Source of the DNA: a phage ENP2309
Reading direction: 5' to 3' (one strand)
Sequence record: PQ787220.1
Length of the DNA: 32,000 nucleotides
Shown here: in pieces, positions 16,303-24,952 of the stretch
Position numbering within the stretch: the stretch's first letter is position 1
How the letters are laid out: every line of letters starts with the position of its first letter
Notes under the pieces: generated by a model
What the model was told of the DNA's origin: nothing
What the model saw: the letters and a program-made list of their open reading frames with translations, nothing else
Databases searched by the model: none
Made by a program: the position numbers and the translations under genes

Positions 16303-16328
16303 GTACGAGGGGTGTAACCCCTCCTTAG
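16299..16328 (+). terminator. intercistronic hairpin
   Basis: CTAAG-tac-GAGGGG-tgtaa-CCCCTC-CTTAG; no long T run. Confidence 0.45.
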
Positions 16329-16349
16329 TTAATACAAAGGAGCTTCGAC

Positions 16350-17312
16350 ATGAAGATAGACGAGATAAGCAAATTAGAATTGCCTAATCTATTTGGAAAA
16401 TTCCTTGTGGTAGAGACTATTTCGGATGGGTACACTGGAACCGTATCTGGTCACTATAACTACGAGATAGACCAAAAATCTGGGGAAACTTATATTTACC
16501 CTGTATTTTGGAATGATAAGCTTAACAAATTTATTAGGTCAGATGAATTAGTTGTATACACTAATAAAAATAAAGTATACTATGTTTGTAAAACAACTAT
16601 AGACCCATATAATCATGCAGTAGTAGATGAGCTCACAGTAGAGGAAGGCATGGACAAAGATAAGCGTACCCTTCAAGCGTTTAAACTTTTTGTAAATGAC
16701 CTATTCTCATTTGGTAGCTACAATATCTTTCTAACAGGTAACCTATCATTAGAAAACAACCCTGATATTGTTCTAGTTAGCAGTGTATCATTAGACAAAC
16801 AGACCGCTAAAATGTACACAGAACGGACATTAGAACTAACTGCTACGGTTTTACCAGAGGGTGCTACAAACAAAAAAGTTAGTTTCTCAGTAGATAAACC
16901 AGAACTTTTAGGGTTAACAGTCTCTGACAATAAAGCAACTGTCACAAGTAAAGATAAGGCAGGTACTGCAATTGTTACCGTAACTACTGAGGATGGAGAA
17001 CACACTGATAAGTGTACAGTTCAGATAGAAGAGTACATAAAAGTCACAGGAATTAATGTTAGTGGAGAATCTGCTTTAGAAAAAGGTAAGACATACAAAT
17101 TTACTGCTAGTATTGTACCTGATAATGCAACGAATCCTAAATTTACTTGGTCTTCTAGTAGTGATACCATAGCTAGTGTTAATGCAAGTGGTGACGTTGT
17201 AGCTTTAGCATTAGGTGAAGCAGACATTATAGCAACAACTGAGGAAGGTAGTCATGTAGGTAAAGTACATGTTACCGTATCAGACCCAGAACCAGTAGAA
17301 CCAACTGAATAA
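16350..17312 (+). CDS. virion/tail-associated-like protein with two C-terminal Big_2 Ig-like domains
   Basis: 'VSSVSLDKQTAKMYTERTLELTATVLPEGATNKKVSFS...' and 'VTGINVSGESALEKGKTYKFTASIVPDNATNPKFTWSSSSDTIASVNASGDVVALALGEADIIATT'. Confidence 0.85.
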   Translation: MKIDEISKLELPNLFGKFLVVETISDGYTGTVSGHYNYEIDQKSGETYIYPVFWNDKLNKFIRSDELVVYTNKNKVYYVCKTTIDPYNHAVVDELTVEEGMDKDKRTLQAFKLFVNDLFSFGSYNIFLTGNLSLENNPDIVLVSSVSLDKQTAKMYTERTLELTATVLPEGATNKKVSFSVDKPELLGLTVSDNKATVTSKDKAGTAIVTVTTEDGEHTDKCTVQIEEYIKVTGINVSGESALEKGKTYKFTASIVPDNATNPKFTWSSSSDTIASVNASGDVVALALGEADIIATTEEGSHVGKVHVTVSDPEPVEPTE

Positions 17313-17332
17313 CATAGAAAAGAGGAAAGAAA

Positions 17333-17776
17333 ATGGCTAAAGAAATATTAAATATTGAAGACCTATTAAAACCAGAGACATTAGAAGTAGCGATAGATGG
17401 TAAATACCTTATTGTACCAACATTGTCAGATGGGTTTACAGGTACAGTAGCAGGTGGATATGCATATGCTGTTACAAAAAAAGGAACAGACTACACAGTT
17501 AATGAATTAATCTATAATCAAAAGGATAACACATTTAAACCTTCTGATGAACCAATTATTATAACTGATGATAATGAAATATTCTTCATTACTCGTACAT
17601 TGGAAGACCCATATAACTATCCTGTAGTTGCTACAGAGAAACTTAAAACTAAAGATGTAAAAGAAAAACAAGTTTTACAAGCGTTCTTAGCATTTGCTGA
17701 TGACAGATTTAAGCTAGGTGTTTACAATGTGTTCTTAGCAGATGAACCATTTGTGTATGGGGACAAAACAGAATAG
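17333..17776 (+). CDS. paralog of the N-terminal domain of the upstream Ig-like protein
   Basis: Shared pattern 'GK(F/Y)L(V/I)V.T(I/L)SDG(Y/F)TGTV(S/A)G.Y.Y...DPYN(H/Y).VV...LQAF..F..D.F..G.YN(I/V)FL'. Confidence 0.85.
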   Translation: MAKEILNIEDLLKPETLEVAIDGKYLIVPTLSDGFTGTVAGGYAYAVTKKGTDYTVNELIYNQKDNTFKPSDEPIIITDDNEIFFITRTLEDPYNYPVVATEKLKTKDVKEKQVLQAFLAFADDRFKLGVYNVFLADEPFVYGDKTE

Positions 17777-17788
17777 TTTCATTATAAG

Positions 17789-17816
17789 AGACCCGTTAAG
17801 GTCTCTTTTTTTTTGT
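17789..17816 (+). terminator. Rho-independent terminator
   Basis: AGAGACC-cgttaa-GGTCTCT followed by T run. Confidence 0.9.
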
Positions 17817-17824
17817 ATATAGTG

Positions 17825-17856
17825 TTGACAATGTTGTAGTTTAGTTATATACTATA
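17825..17856 (+). promoter_or_regulatory. promoter
   Basis: TTGACA (17825-17830) with -10 candidates TACTAT (spacer 17), TATACT (spacer 15) or TATACT (spacer 20). Confidence 0.65.
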
Positions 17857-17882
17857 CTTATACTGTATAAGGAGGTAACCAC

Positions 17883-18188
17883 ATGAACGACAATAAGGAA
17901 AAATGTATTAAACAAGGAATACGAGATACTTATAAAGGGTACGATATTTTATTAGATGAAGAGAACGGATTTTTCTATGTTAGCATACTTGACCCAGATG
18001 GCAAAGAAATCATTAGTGGGTTTGTAGAGGCGGATAAACCTATTGAAGAATACTATAAAGAGCTCCTAAGTAAATGCGACCAAGACATATTATTCAAAGA
18101 CCTTTTAAGACCCTTAAATGGACGTAGAGACACTGAACGTACAGACATACGTCTTTTTAAAAAGAGATGGTGGGGTATAAGTAGATGA
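17883..18188 (+). CDS. hypothetical protein
   Basis: 101-aa ORF with strong SD 'aaggaggtaacc'. Confidence 0.8.
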   Translation: MNDNKEKCIKQGIRDTYKGYDILLDEENGFFYVSILDPDGKEIISGFVEADKPIEEYYKELLSKCDQDILFKDLLRPLNGRRDTERTDIRLFKKRWWGISR

Positions 18189-19138
18189 CAAAGATAAAAC
18201 TTATTACAAAAAAGAACACCCAAGGCTATGTCATGAACACCCTGCTACGTAGATTTTATAAAAATAATGTAGATGTAGAGTTTCTTAATAAATTCAATCT
18301 ACCTGATATTCATAACCACATAGGGGAGCATGATGCTGTTATCATAGTAGGGTTTCCTTTCTTTGAAAGCCAACGAGGTGCGTTAGACACGGCACTGTCA
18401 TCTATGGACAACCCGTTTAGCAAGGTGTACCATTTAGCAACATTTGGGGACACCTATCGTAATGAAGGTAGCTTTCGTTCATTTGTAGACGAGGTTGTAA
18501 GCCCCGTTGGTCATTTTGTAGAACTAATAATTGACCTAACTAAGTTCACTAACACAGGTACAAAAGAGGATGAACAAAATGTAGTGGCTCTTGCTAAAGA
18601 GGCATTAGTGTTTGCCAAAGATATTATAGAAGAGACAGACAACTATAATCGTTATGAAGTAACAGACAGAACTATCTCTTGGGTTCTTCTTGTAGATTTG
18701 CTTGGAGAGAACCTATATAAGGTGACAGAGCCTAGCAAAGAGCTAGACACCATTCTGAAAGAACAAGAAGTACTTGTAGATGCCTTGAACATAAATATGC
18801 AGGACTATGTGCTAAGAACAATAGGGAAGATGTCTGCAAACGTCATTAATGGAACAGTGGTTTGTTTCGGTTATGCAGAACAGCATGTTAACGAAGTAGC
18901 CCATAAATTAATTAATTTTTATAAGTCACATAACTATCAAAAAGTTATTGTCTTTATTGGTAGGCACACAAAAGGTGACGACATGTTTAGTGTAAGGAGC
19001 TATGGTGTGAATGCCGGAGAGGTTGCCTATAAAGTTCATAATGGTAAAGGGAAAGACACAACGGCAACCGTCTTCTTAGGTAAACCTAGTGAAGCTGTAA
19101 ATAACACACTGCTAAGTGTGCTTTCTGAAATTTTATAG
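18185..19138 (+). CDS. DHH/DHHA1-phosphoesterase-like protein, apparently catalytically degenerate
   Basis: N-term 'IKLITKKNTQGYVMNTLLRRFY' aligns by eye with the DHH 'HkNPDGDalgS' motif but lacks Asp; 'HDAVIIVGF' in place of '(D)..iivD'; C-term 'MFSVRSYGVNAGEVAYKVHNGKGKDTTATVFL' resembles DHHA1 'vSlRS...iA..fGGGGHk.AAG'. Confidence 0.5.
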   Translation: MTKIKLITKKNTQGYVMNTLLRRFYKNNVDVEFLNKFNLPDIHNHIGEHDAVIIVGFPFFESQRGALDTALSSMDNPFSKVYHLATFGDTYRNEGSFRSFVDEVVSPVGHFVELIIDLTKFTNTGTKEDEQNVVALAKEALVFAKDIIEETDNYNRYEVTDRTISWVLLVDLLGENLYKVTEPSKELDTILKEQEVLVDALNINMQDYVLRTIGKMSANVINGTVVCFGYAEQHVNEVAHKLINFYKSHNYQKVIVFIGRHTKGDDMFSVRSYGVNAGEVAYKVHNGKGKDTTATVFLGKPSEAVNNTLLSVLSEIL

Positions 19139-19148
19139 TTTAACTTTG

Positions 19149-19157
19149 TGGTATAAT
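19149..19157 (+). promoter_or_regulatory. extended -10 promoter (TGG-TATAAT)
   Basis: 'tggtataataaagatag', near-identical to the element at 6554. Confidence 0.55.
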
Positions 19158-19191
19158 AAAGATAGATAAATTTTGATAGGAGTGTAAATTT

Positions 19192-20475
19192 TTGAAAAAC
19201 AACGAACCTTTAGAGAAGTTATTAGACAAATTAGATGAACCAAGAATTTTACAAACAATTATTATAGGTAGTTTACAACGGAGCTTTAATCGAGTACACG
19301 TTGGTAAATTTAATAAACTAGCACAGGAGTTTGACTTAGATAAGGAGAACCTGTATAGCTTAAAGGCACTAGTTAAGGAAATTGAAGAAGATAAAGAGCT
19401 ACATGAACTTTACGAAGCTAGCATGGCAGGCAAAATTACGCTAGAGGCTGTTCGTAAAGTATTGTTACAAGATGATAAATCATCGTTTGATGTACTGTCT
19501 TCTTACGTAGTAGAAAATCAAGCAGTGCTAGCCCGTAACCGAGAGTTCGGTAAGTTACAACGTGAGGGAGCTTATCTTGACCATCTAATTAGTGGTTTGA
19601 AGACATACTTATTAACTGAACTAAAAGACATGTCTAGTTTAAAATATATCAATAAAAATTTAAAGGCACCGAAAGTATCCTCAGACCGAGAGCTTATTCT
19701 GTGCCTATCTGATTGGCATATTGGTGCTTTTGTTAATAACATTGACACAGGTGGATACAACTTTGAAATCTTTAAAGAACGACTTGAAAAATTATTAGAA
19801 GAAGTATTCCAAGTGGCTATGGAGCAGGATATTAAGAAAATTCATGTTTACCACATTGGGGATATTATTGAACACATTAATATGCGTAATGTTAACCAAG
19901 CATTTGAAGCAGAGTTTCCTGCTACGGAGCAGATTGCTAAAGGAATTAGAGTTCTTGCTGATACACTCAATTTACTAGCTAAGGCAGAATTTGAAGTGTC
20001 TTTCGGTATGGTTGGTGGTAACCACGACCGTTTCCAAGGTAACAAGAATGATAAAATTCATAATGATAATGTGGCTTATCTTGTAGTAGACCAACTCCAT
20101 TTCTTGCAAGAATTAGGGGCATTAAACAAAGATATTAAACTTGTAGATAACAGAAGTGACGTTTATAGTTTTAAAGATACAGTTGCAGGTAAACGTATTA
20201 AAGTAACTCATGGTGACACTGAGGGCAAAAAAGTAGATGTTAAAATCCCTAAACATATCAAAGATGAAGTTATTGACTATTTAATCATGGGGCATATCCA
20301 TACAACACGTATTATTCAAGAAGACTTTTCAAGATTCCATGTGTATGTTGGCTCTCCTATGGGGGCAAACAACTACTCAGCAGAGAATAACTTGCCAACA
20401 ACAAGCCCTGCACAGCTAATTATGGTATTAGACCCTGAGCGTGATACGCCACAGTTCATGCCAGTATTCTTATAG
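19192..20475 (+). CDS. calcineurin-like metallophosphoesterase
   Basis: 'LSDWHIGAF', 'YHIGDIIEH', 'VGGNHDR', 'VTHGDTEG', 'IMGHIHTT' metal-binding motifs; TTG start. Confidence 0.88.
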   Translation: MKNNEPLEKLLDKLDEPRILQTIIIGSLQRSFNRVHVGKFNKLAQEFDLDKENLYSLKALVKEIEEDKELHELYEASMAGKITLEAVRKVLLQDDKSSFDVLSSYVVENQAVLARNREFGKLQREGAYLDHLISGLKTYLLTELKDMSSLKYINKNLKAPKVSSDRELILCLSDWHIGAFVNNIDTGGYNFEIFKERLEKLLEEVFQVAMEQDIKKIHVYHIGDIIEHINMRNVNQAFEAEFPATEQIAKGIRVLADTLNLLAKAEFEVSFGMVGGNHDRFQGNKNDKIHNDNVAYLVVDQLHFLQELGALNKDIKLVDNRSDVYSFKDTVAGKRIKVTHGDTEGKKVDVKIPKHIKDEVIDYLIMGHIHTTRIIQEDFSRFHVYVGSPMGANNYSAENNLPTTSPAQLIMVLDPERDTPQFMPVFL

Positions 20476-20486
20476 GAGGTACTCGT

Positions 20487-20861
20487 ATGGAAGGTAATTT
20501 AGTTTATATTTTATTGGCTATTGCATATGTAGGTGAAGGTATAACTGCCTTTACTAATACTAAGCGTAAAGAAAGATACATGATTGAAGAAGGAGAGGCT
20601 CCTTTGCCACGTAGTTCTTATGTATTTTTAGGCATTAACTACCTTTTAAGAATAGCTATAGCAATTTCTCTTATCTTCATCATACCAACTAGCTTGCAAC
20701 TTAACGTAACAGGTATTGCTTTGTTCACACTAATGGTATTTGTAGTTCCTTTTATAGCAAGAATTATCGAAGTTGTTATTAGAACTGCAATTGTTCGTTA
20801 TGTTCAAAAACAATATATTAAGCAGTTAGAAGAACGAAAAGGTAAAAGAGAGACTAACTAG
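20487..20861 (+). CDS. small membrane protein
   Basis: 124 aa with about three hydrophobic segments; SD 'aggaggtac'. Confidence 0.75.
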   Translation: MEGNLVYILLAIAYVGEGITAFTNTKRKERYMIEEGEAPLPRSSYVFLGINYLLRIAIAISLIFIIPTSLQLNVTGIALFTLMVFVVPFIARIIEVVIRTAIVRYVQKQYIKQLEERKGKRETN

Positions 20862-20871
20862 TCTCTTTTTT
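20847..20871 (+). terminator. Rho-independent terminator overlapping the end of the preceding CDS
   Basis: AGAGACT-aact-AGTCTC-TTTTTT-type stem. Confidence 0.85.
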
Positions 20872-20899
20872 GCTATATTGAATAATGAGGTGACTAAGT

Positions 20900-21520
20900 A
20901 TGAATTTTACAGAAGTAATAAGCCCTAATGGGGAGACATCATTAATAGATGTAAACAACCCACCAACATTAATCAGACGTGGGGTCTTATCTATTAAAAC
21001 AAAGGTTAATAATGAAGTGAAGGAAACCCCTGTCTATATTGTCGAACTAGCTGAGGAGCTAACAGGTACTGATGTAGTATCTGTCTATAAAGTAAAAGAG
21101 ATTGGGGGTTCTATCCAAAAAGACTACATTGAAGAAAAAGTGACCCCTAGGTTCAAAAGCACAACATATCTGGGTGAGTTAGCACAAAAGATTAAAGGAC
21201 GGTCGATAAAGGAACAACGAAGAGTTGAAACAAAACCACCATTATTCCTAGCCCCAGTAGTTAATGGAATCGATACATTCACAGGAATCGAAGGTAAAGG
21301 TTTCTACGAACGTGAAGAGGACAGACATATTCTATTACCTGATGGAAAACCGGGCATAGCCTATGGAGATAATACAGGGGTTTTTATCGGTTTGAGCTCA
21401 ATTAAGTGGGACAAGGCATATGTAGACGTGGAGTCTATAACAAAGGGTTATTTGTCACAGAAACAGATATGGTTTAACCTAGATGGTCAAAGACCACAAT
21501 TTAGAAGTGAGACACTATAA
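20900..21520 (+). CDS. hypothetical protein
   Basis: 206-aa ORF. Confidence 0.75.
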   Translation: MNFTEVISPNGETSLIDVNNPPTLIRRGVLSIKTKVNNEVKETPVYIVELAEELTGTDVVSVYKVKEIGGSIQKDYIEEKVTPRFKSTTYLGELAQKIKGRSIKEQRRVETKPPLFLAPVVNGIDTFTGIEGKGFYEREEDRHILLPDGKPGIAYGDNTGVFIGLSSIKWDKAYVDVESITKGYLSQKQIWFNLDGQRPQFRSETL

Positions 21521-22260
21521 TGACAGATAAACAATTTTATGAGGCAGATATTCAAGAATTAATTTTAAATAAGCAAAGAATATTCGGGGATATAGGAAAG
21601 AGCGCTATTGTTTTTGAGAAAGCAATCATGCAAGGTAATACAATATGTGATTGCCTAGTCTTCACAGAAAAACGAGGGCTCATTGGCATAGAAATAAAAA
21701 CTGAACGTGACTCGACAAAAAGATTAAATAAACAATTATCTGATTATGAAAAGGTGTGCGACTACGTATATGTATTATGCCACGATAACCATGTACCTAA
21801 AGTAGAGCAAATACTTGCTAGACATAATCATAAACACGTAGGTATCCTAGCTTACACAGAGTTCATGGGAGAGGCAATGTTAGGTGAGTATAAACAACCT
21901 AGCCGTTCCCCTAAAAAATCAGCTTATCATATGTTAAATATCTTGTGGAAAGAAGATTTAATAAGAATGCTTGGTACATTCAGACGGTATGGTGACAGGC
22001 TAGAAGCTAATGGAGCTAAGGTTATGAAGACAAACAGCCGTTCTGGTGGGGTATCTGGGCTTTATGTTAAATCTACAACTGCTAGAAGAATGACTAAACC
22101 TGAACTCATTAATAATTTAATAAATAGAGTAGGCGGTACCGAAGAGGCTACGAGAGTGTTCTGTGATGTGTTTATCCATAATAGGAATCACCCAGAGAAA
22201 GCAATTAAGTTAAGACATTTTAAAGCAAAAGAGAATAGAGGTGACCTAGATGGGGTTTAA
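21520..22260 (+). CDS. sce7726-like / PD-(D/E)XK-type nuclease-like protein
   Basis: 'ICDCLVFTEKRGLIGIEIKTERDSTKRLNKQLSDYEKVCDYVYVL' (D...EIK plus Q-L-x2-Y) nuclease-like core. Confidence 0.65.
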   Translation: MTDKQFYEADIQELILNKQRIFGDIGKSAIVFEKAIMQGNTICDCLVFTEKRGLIGIEIKTERDSTKRLNKQLSDYEKVCDYVYVLCHDNHVPKVEQILARHNHKHVGILAYTEFMGEAMLGEYKQPSRSPKKSAYHMLNILWKEDLIRMLGTFRRYGDRLEANGAKVMKTNSRSGGVSGLYVKSTTARRMTKPELINNLINRVGGTEEATRVFCDVFIHNRNHPEKAIKLRHFKAKENRGDLDGV

Positions 22261-22756
22261 AGGTGCAAAATATGGTTCTTGGAATACTGTAGTTGGTAAG
22301 AACTATGTAGGTACTGGGGGCAGAACAAGTGGTAGTAACACAAAACGGCTGTCCACAAAAGGCTACTACCAAGTAGGATTTGTTAAAGAATATCAGAACT
22401 TGACAGAAAAAGATATTATGTTAAAATTAGAGTATGGAAAAGACTTAGTGTCTAGCTACATTGGTGTACCTGCAGATATGATTAAGCTACGTAAAAAGAA
22501 AGAGGAGCAAACTCTAGCATCTTTAGACACAGTTTATTATGTTAGCATTGGTAAGGAACCTGTAGGTAAGCTGTCTATACGAGCTCAGAGACGTTTTAGG
22601 GAGGTAGGGTTAACATTTATATACCTAGAGAAGAACTACGTACAGAGGAAGCTTAGAGGCGGTAATGTACGTAGTGTAGGATATACTAACGCAACCAAAT
22701 CTCAGAAACGTAAAGCAGATAGACGGAAGAGCAATAAGTCTAAAACAACTAGATAG
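22250..22756 (+). CDS. hypothetical basic protein
   Basis: 168-aa ORF overlapping upstream gene; very basic C-terminus. Confidence 0.7.
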   Translation: MGFKGAKYGSWNTVVGKNYVGTGGRTSGSNTKRLSTKGYYQVGFVKEYQNLTEKDIMLKLEYGKDLVSSYIGVPADMIKLRKKKEEQTLASLDTVYYVSIGKEPVGKLSIRAQRRFREVGLTFIYLEKNYVQRKLRGGNVRSVGYTNATKSQKRKADRRKSNKSKTTR

Positions 22757-22769
22757 ATGGAGGACTACT

Positions 22770-23120
22770 ATGAGTATTTATGATGAGCTAATTGGTAAAA
22801 GTGTCATAGCCCTAGAATATGCGGAGGATGGGTGTGAGGCAAGCCTTGTACTAAACGATGGGTCATGCCTAAAAGTATCTTGTAACCCAGAGCCAGACTG
22901 TTGTGGGTATAATGATTTTGAAGTTATTCTCCCAGATGGTTTTGATTTCACAGATAACATTATTACAAAAGTTGAAGATAATAGTGAAGAATGTTATGGC
23001 GGTTCAACAGTTAGGATAGGCATTTTTACCAATGATGCACGGATAGCTATTGAAGGGGACTACGGAAGTGGTTCTGGGTGGAACTATGGAGAGTATGTAG
23101 ACGTAGAAATTGTAAAATAA
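22770..23120 (+). CDS. hypothetical protein, possibly DUF7448-like
   Basis: 'LIGKSVIALEYAEDGCEASLVLNDGSCLKVSCNPEPDCCGY' pattern with acidic/Cys content. Confidence 0.65.
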   Translation: MSIYDELIGKSVIALEYAEDGCEASLVLNDGSCLKVSCNPEPDCCGYNDFEVILPDGFDFTDNIITKVEDNSEECYGGSTVRIGIFTNDARIAIEGDYGSGSGWNYGEYVDVEIVK

Positions 23121-23144
23121 TTTACTATTAGACGGAGGTAAGCT

Positions 23145-24002
23145 ATGCTTAAAAAAGGGAAAGAAGTAACACTAAGAAAATTTTATAATATTATCACAGA
23201 TAAGGAATCAGTATTGCTAGGGGCACGCTACACAAGCTCAATAATGACTACAGATATTCCTATTACAACAACTTTTGAAGATGTTGAGGTAGACCTTAAG
23301 AAAGAAACAGTTGCAGGAACTATTTCATTCAGACCAGTAGGAGAAAGACAGATTAACGCATTAAGTTTGCTAAAAGAAGCAAGCACAGCTTATGGAGGTT
23401 ACGGAGAGTTCCTAGATGATACTATTGAGAAACCTTTAATCAATAGTGATTTTGCAGTAGATGTTAGCCTAGCAGACTCTGCTTTCTCTAACCTACAAGA
23501 GATTCCATTTAACCTATATATGTCCTCTCCAAAAGTTTTTTATACAGAAGTATCAATTAGAGGGCGTAAACATATGCAATATGTATTAGAGGATGAGTCT
23601 TCTAGCGGTGTAACAAGTACATTAGCACTGGTATTCCGTAAAAAATTGTATGATGGGGAAACATTGCTAGGTGTGCATACTTACACCGAAGCACTAGCAA
23701 GAGTAGAGGGAATTAAAGTGTTACAGTTTATCGCAAATGGCTCTGTACTAGAACAAGTAATCGGTGCAGTGTCTGTTTTAGGGGGTAGCACAGGAACAAC
23801 CCTGTTCCCTATGTTTGACGATATGGTGATGCAATTTGTGATGATTGAGTCTGTTCCTTGGGTGCACATTTCTTGTGATACAGGAGCAATTGCTTTTAAG
23901 GAAGAAGACATCCGCAATGTAACCATTAAGTCAGCTAGACCGGGAGAATATAAGGTGACTATCTACTTGCTAGACGAAAAAGTTACATTGTTAATTGGAT
24001 AA
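23145..24002 (+). CDS. hypothetical protein
   Basis: 285-aa ORF with SD 'ggaggtaagc'. Confidence 0.8.
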   Translation: MLKKGKEVTLRKFYNIITDKESVLLGARYTSSIMTTDIPITTTFEDVEVDLKKETVAGTISFRPVGERQINALSLLKEASTAYGGYGEFLDDTIEKPLINSDFAVDVSLADSAFSNLQEIPFNLYMSSPKVFYTEVSIRGRKHMQYVLEDESSSGVTSTLALVFRKKLYDGETLLGVHTYTEALARVEGIKVLQFIANGSVLEQVIGAVSVLGGSTGTTLFPMFDDMVMQFVMIESVPWVHISCDTGAIAFKEEDIRNVTIKSARPGEYKVTIYLLDEKVTLLIG

Positions 24003-24009
24003 AATTTTA

Positions 24010-24046
24010 AAGGAAGTTGACAATATATGTTGACTTCCTTTTTTGT
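24010..24046 (+). terminator. Rho-independent terminator
   Basis: AAAGGAAGT...CAA-tatatg-TTG-ACTTCCTTTTTT. Confidence 0.85.
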
Positions 24047-24106
24047 ATGTGCTAAGATAACTACAGTTGGATAAAAAAATAAATGGTATAGAGGGAGAGA
24101 TTTAAC

Positions 24107-24952
24107 ATGGACTACAAAACAAAGGTATATGTAGGAGCGCTTAGTTGGTTAGGTACTTTAGGAGAGAAACGATATTTAGGGCAAATGCGTGATGTATTAG
24201 CTGTGTACGAGCTAGGTAGTCGATACGCAGGTTACTATACAGAAGATAGCGACTATGACTATATGGTTGTATACATGCCGGCTCCTTATGATTTAATGCA
24301 TCCTACAACAATTTATAAACAGGAAACAGAGATTGATGGAAATAAGGTAGAGGTAAAATATATGTCTATCGTGGAATATGTTTACCGTATTGAAAATGGA
24401 GATTTAGAGGCTTTACAAATGTTAAATGCCACAAGCTCCCAAAGTTTCTTCGGAGAGCCTATTGAAGGTATTGACAATAAGCGTACTCGTTTAGTTATGT
24501 ATATGAAAGAACTAGAATACAGAAGAGAAACATTTACTTATTTAGCACCAGAGAAGTTGTTTAGAGGAATTAATGGTCGTATTAAAGCCACAAAAACACG
24601 TATGGATAAGGCTATTGAGAATGACGATATGGAAGTAGCGGTAAAATGTGCTATCCTTATTCGTTATTTTATGGACTTATTAGTTGTGCTAGCGGACGGG
24701 GAATCTATTCGTGAAGGTCTCACGTTCTCTCCTATTATTGCAAATATCATTAGAGAGTTTAGGAAAGACTGTGAGTCAGCACAGGCTAAGACACTTATCA
24801 ATACTGCACAAGTGTTATTAGAGGCGGATAGAGAAGAGATTTTAAATAGTATTAAAGACCATGGGTTATCAGATGGTTACGCTCAATCAGTTAGACAATA
24901 TAGTTTAACAGGTCGATTGATAGATGTACTATTAGGGGGATACTATGATTAA
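24107..24952 (+). CDS. nucleotidyltransferase (pol beta superfamily, YcgL-like)
   Basis: 'YELGSRYAGYYTEDSDYDYMVVY' = GSR(x)nDSDxD active site followed by 'FRGI' and helical C-terminus. Confidence 0.85.
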   Translation: MDYKTKVYVGALSWLGTLGEKRYLGQMRDVLAVYELGSRYAGYYTEDSDYDYMVVYMPAPYDLMHPTTIYKQETEIDGNKVEVKYMSIVEYVYRIENGDLEALQMLNATSSQSFFGEPIEGIDNKRTRLVMYMKELEYRRETFTYLAPEKLFRGINGRIKATKTRMDKAIENDDMEVAVKCAILIRYFMDLLVVLADGESIREGLTFSPIIANIIREFRKDCESAQAKTLINTAQVLLEADREEILNSIKDHGLSDGYAQSVRQYSLTGRLIDVLLGGYYD

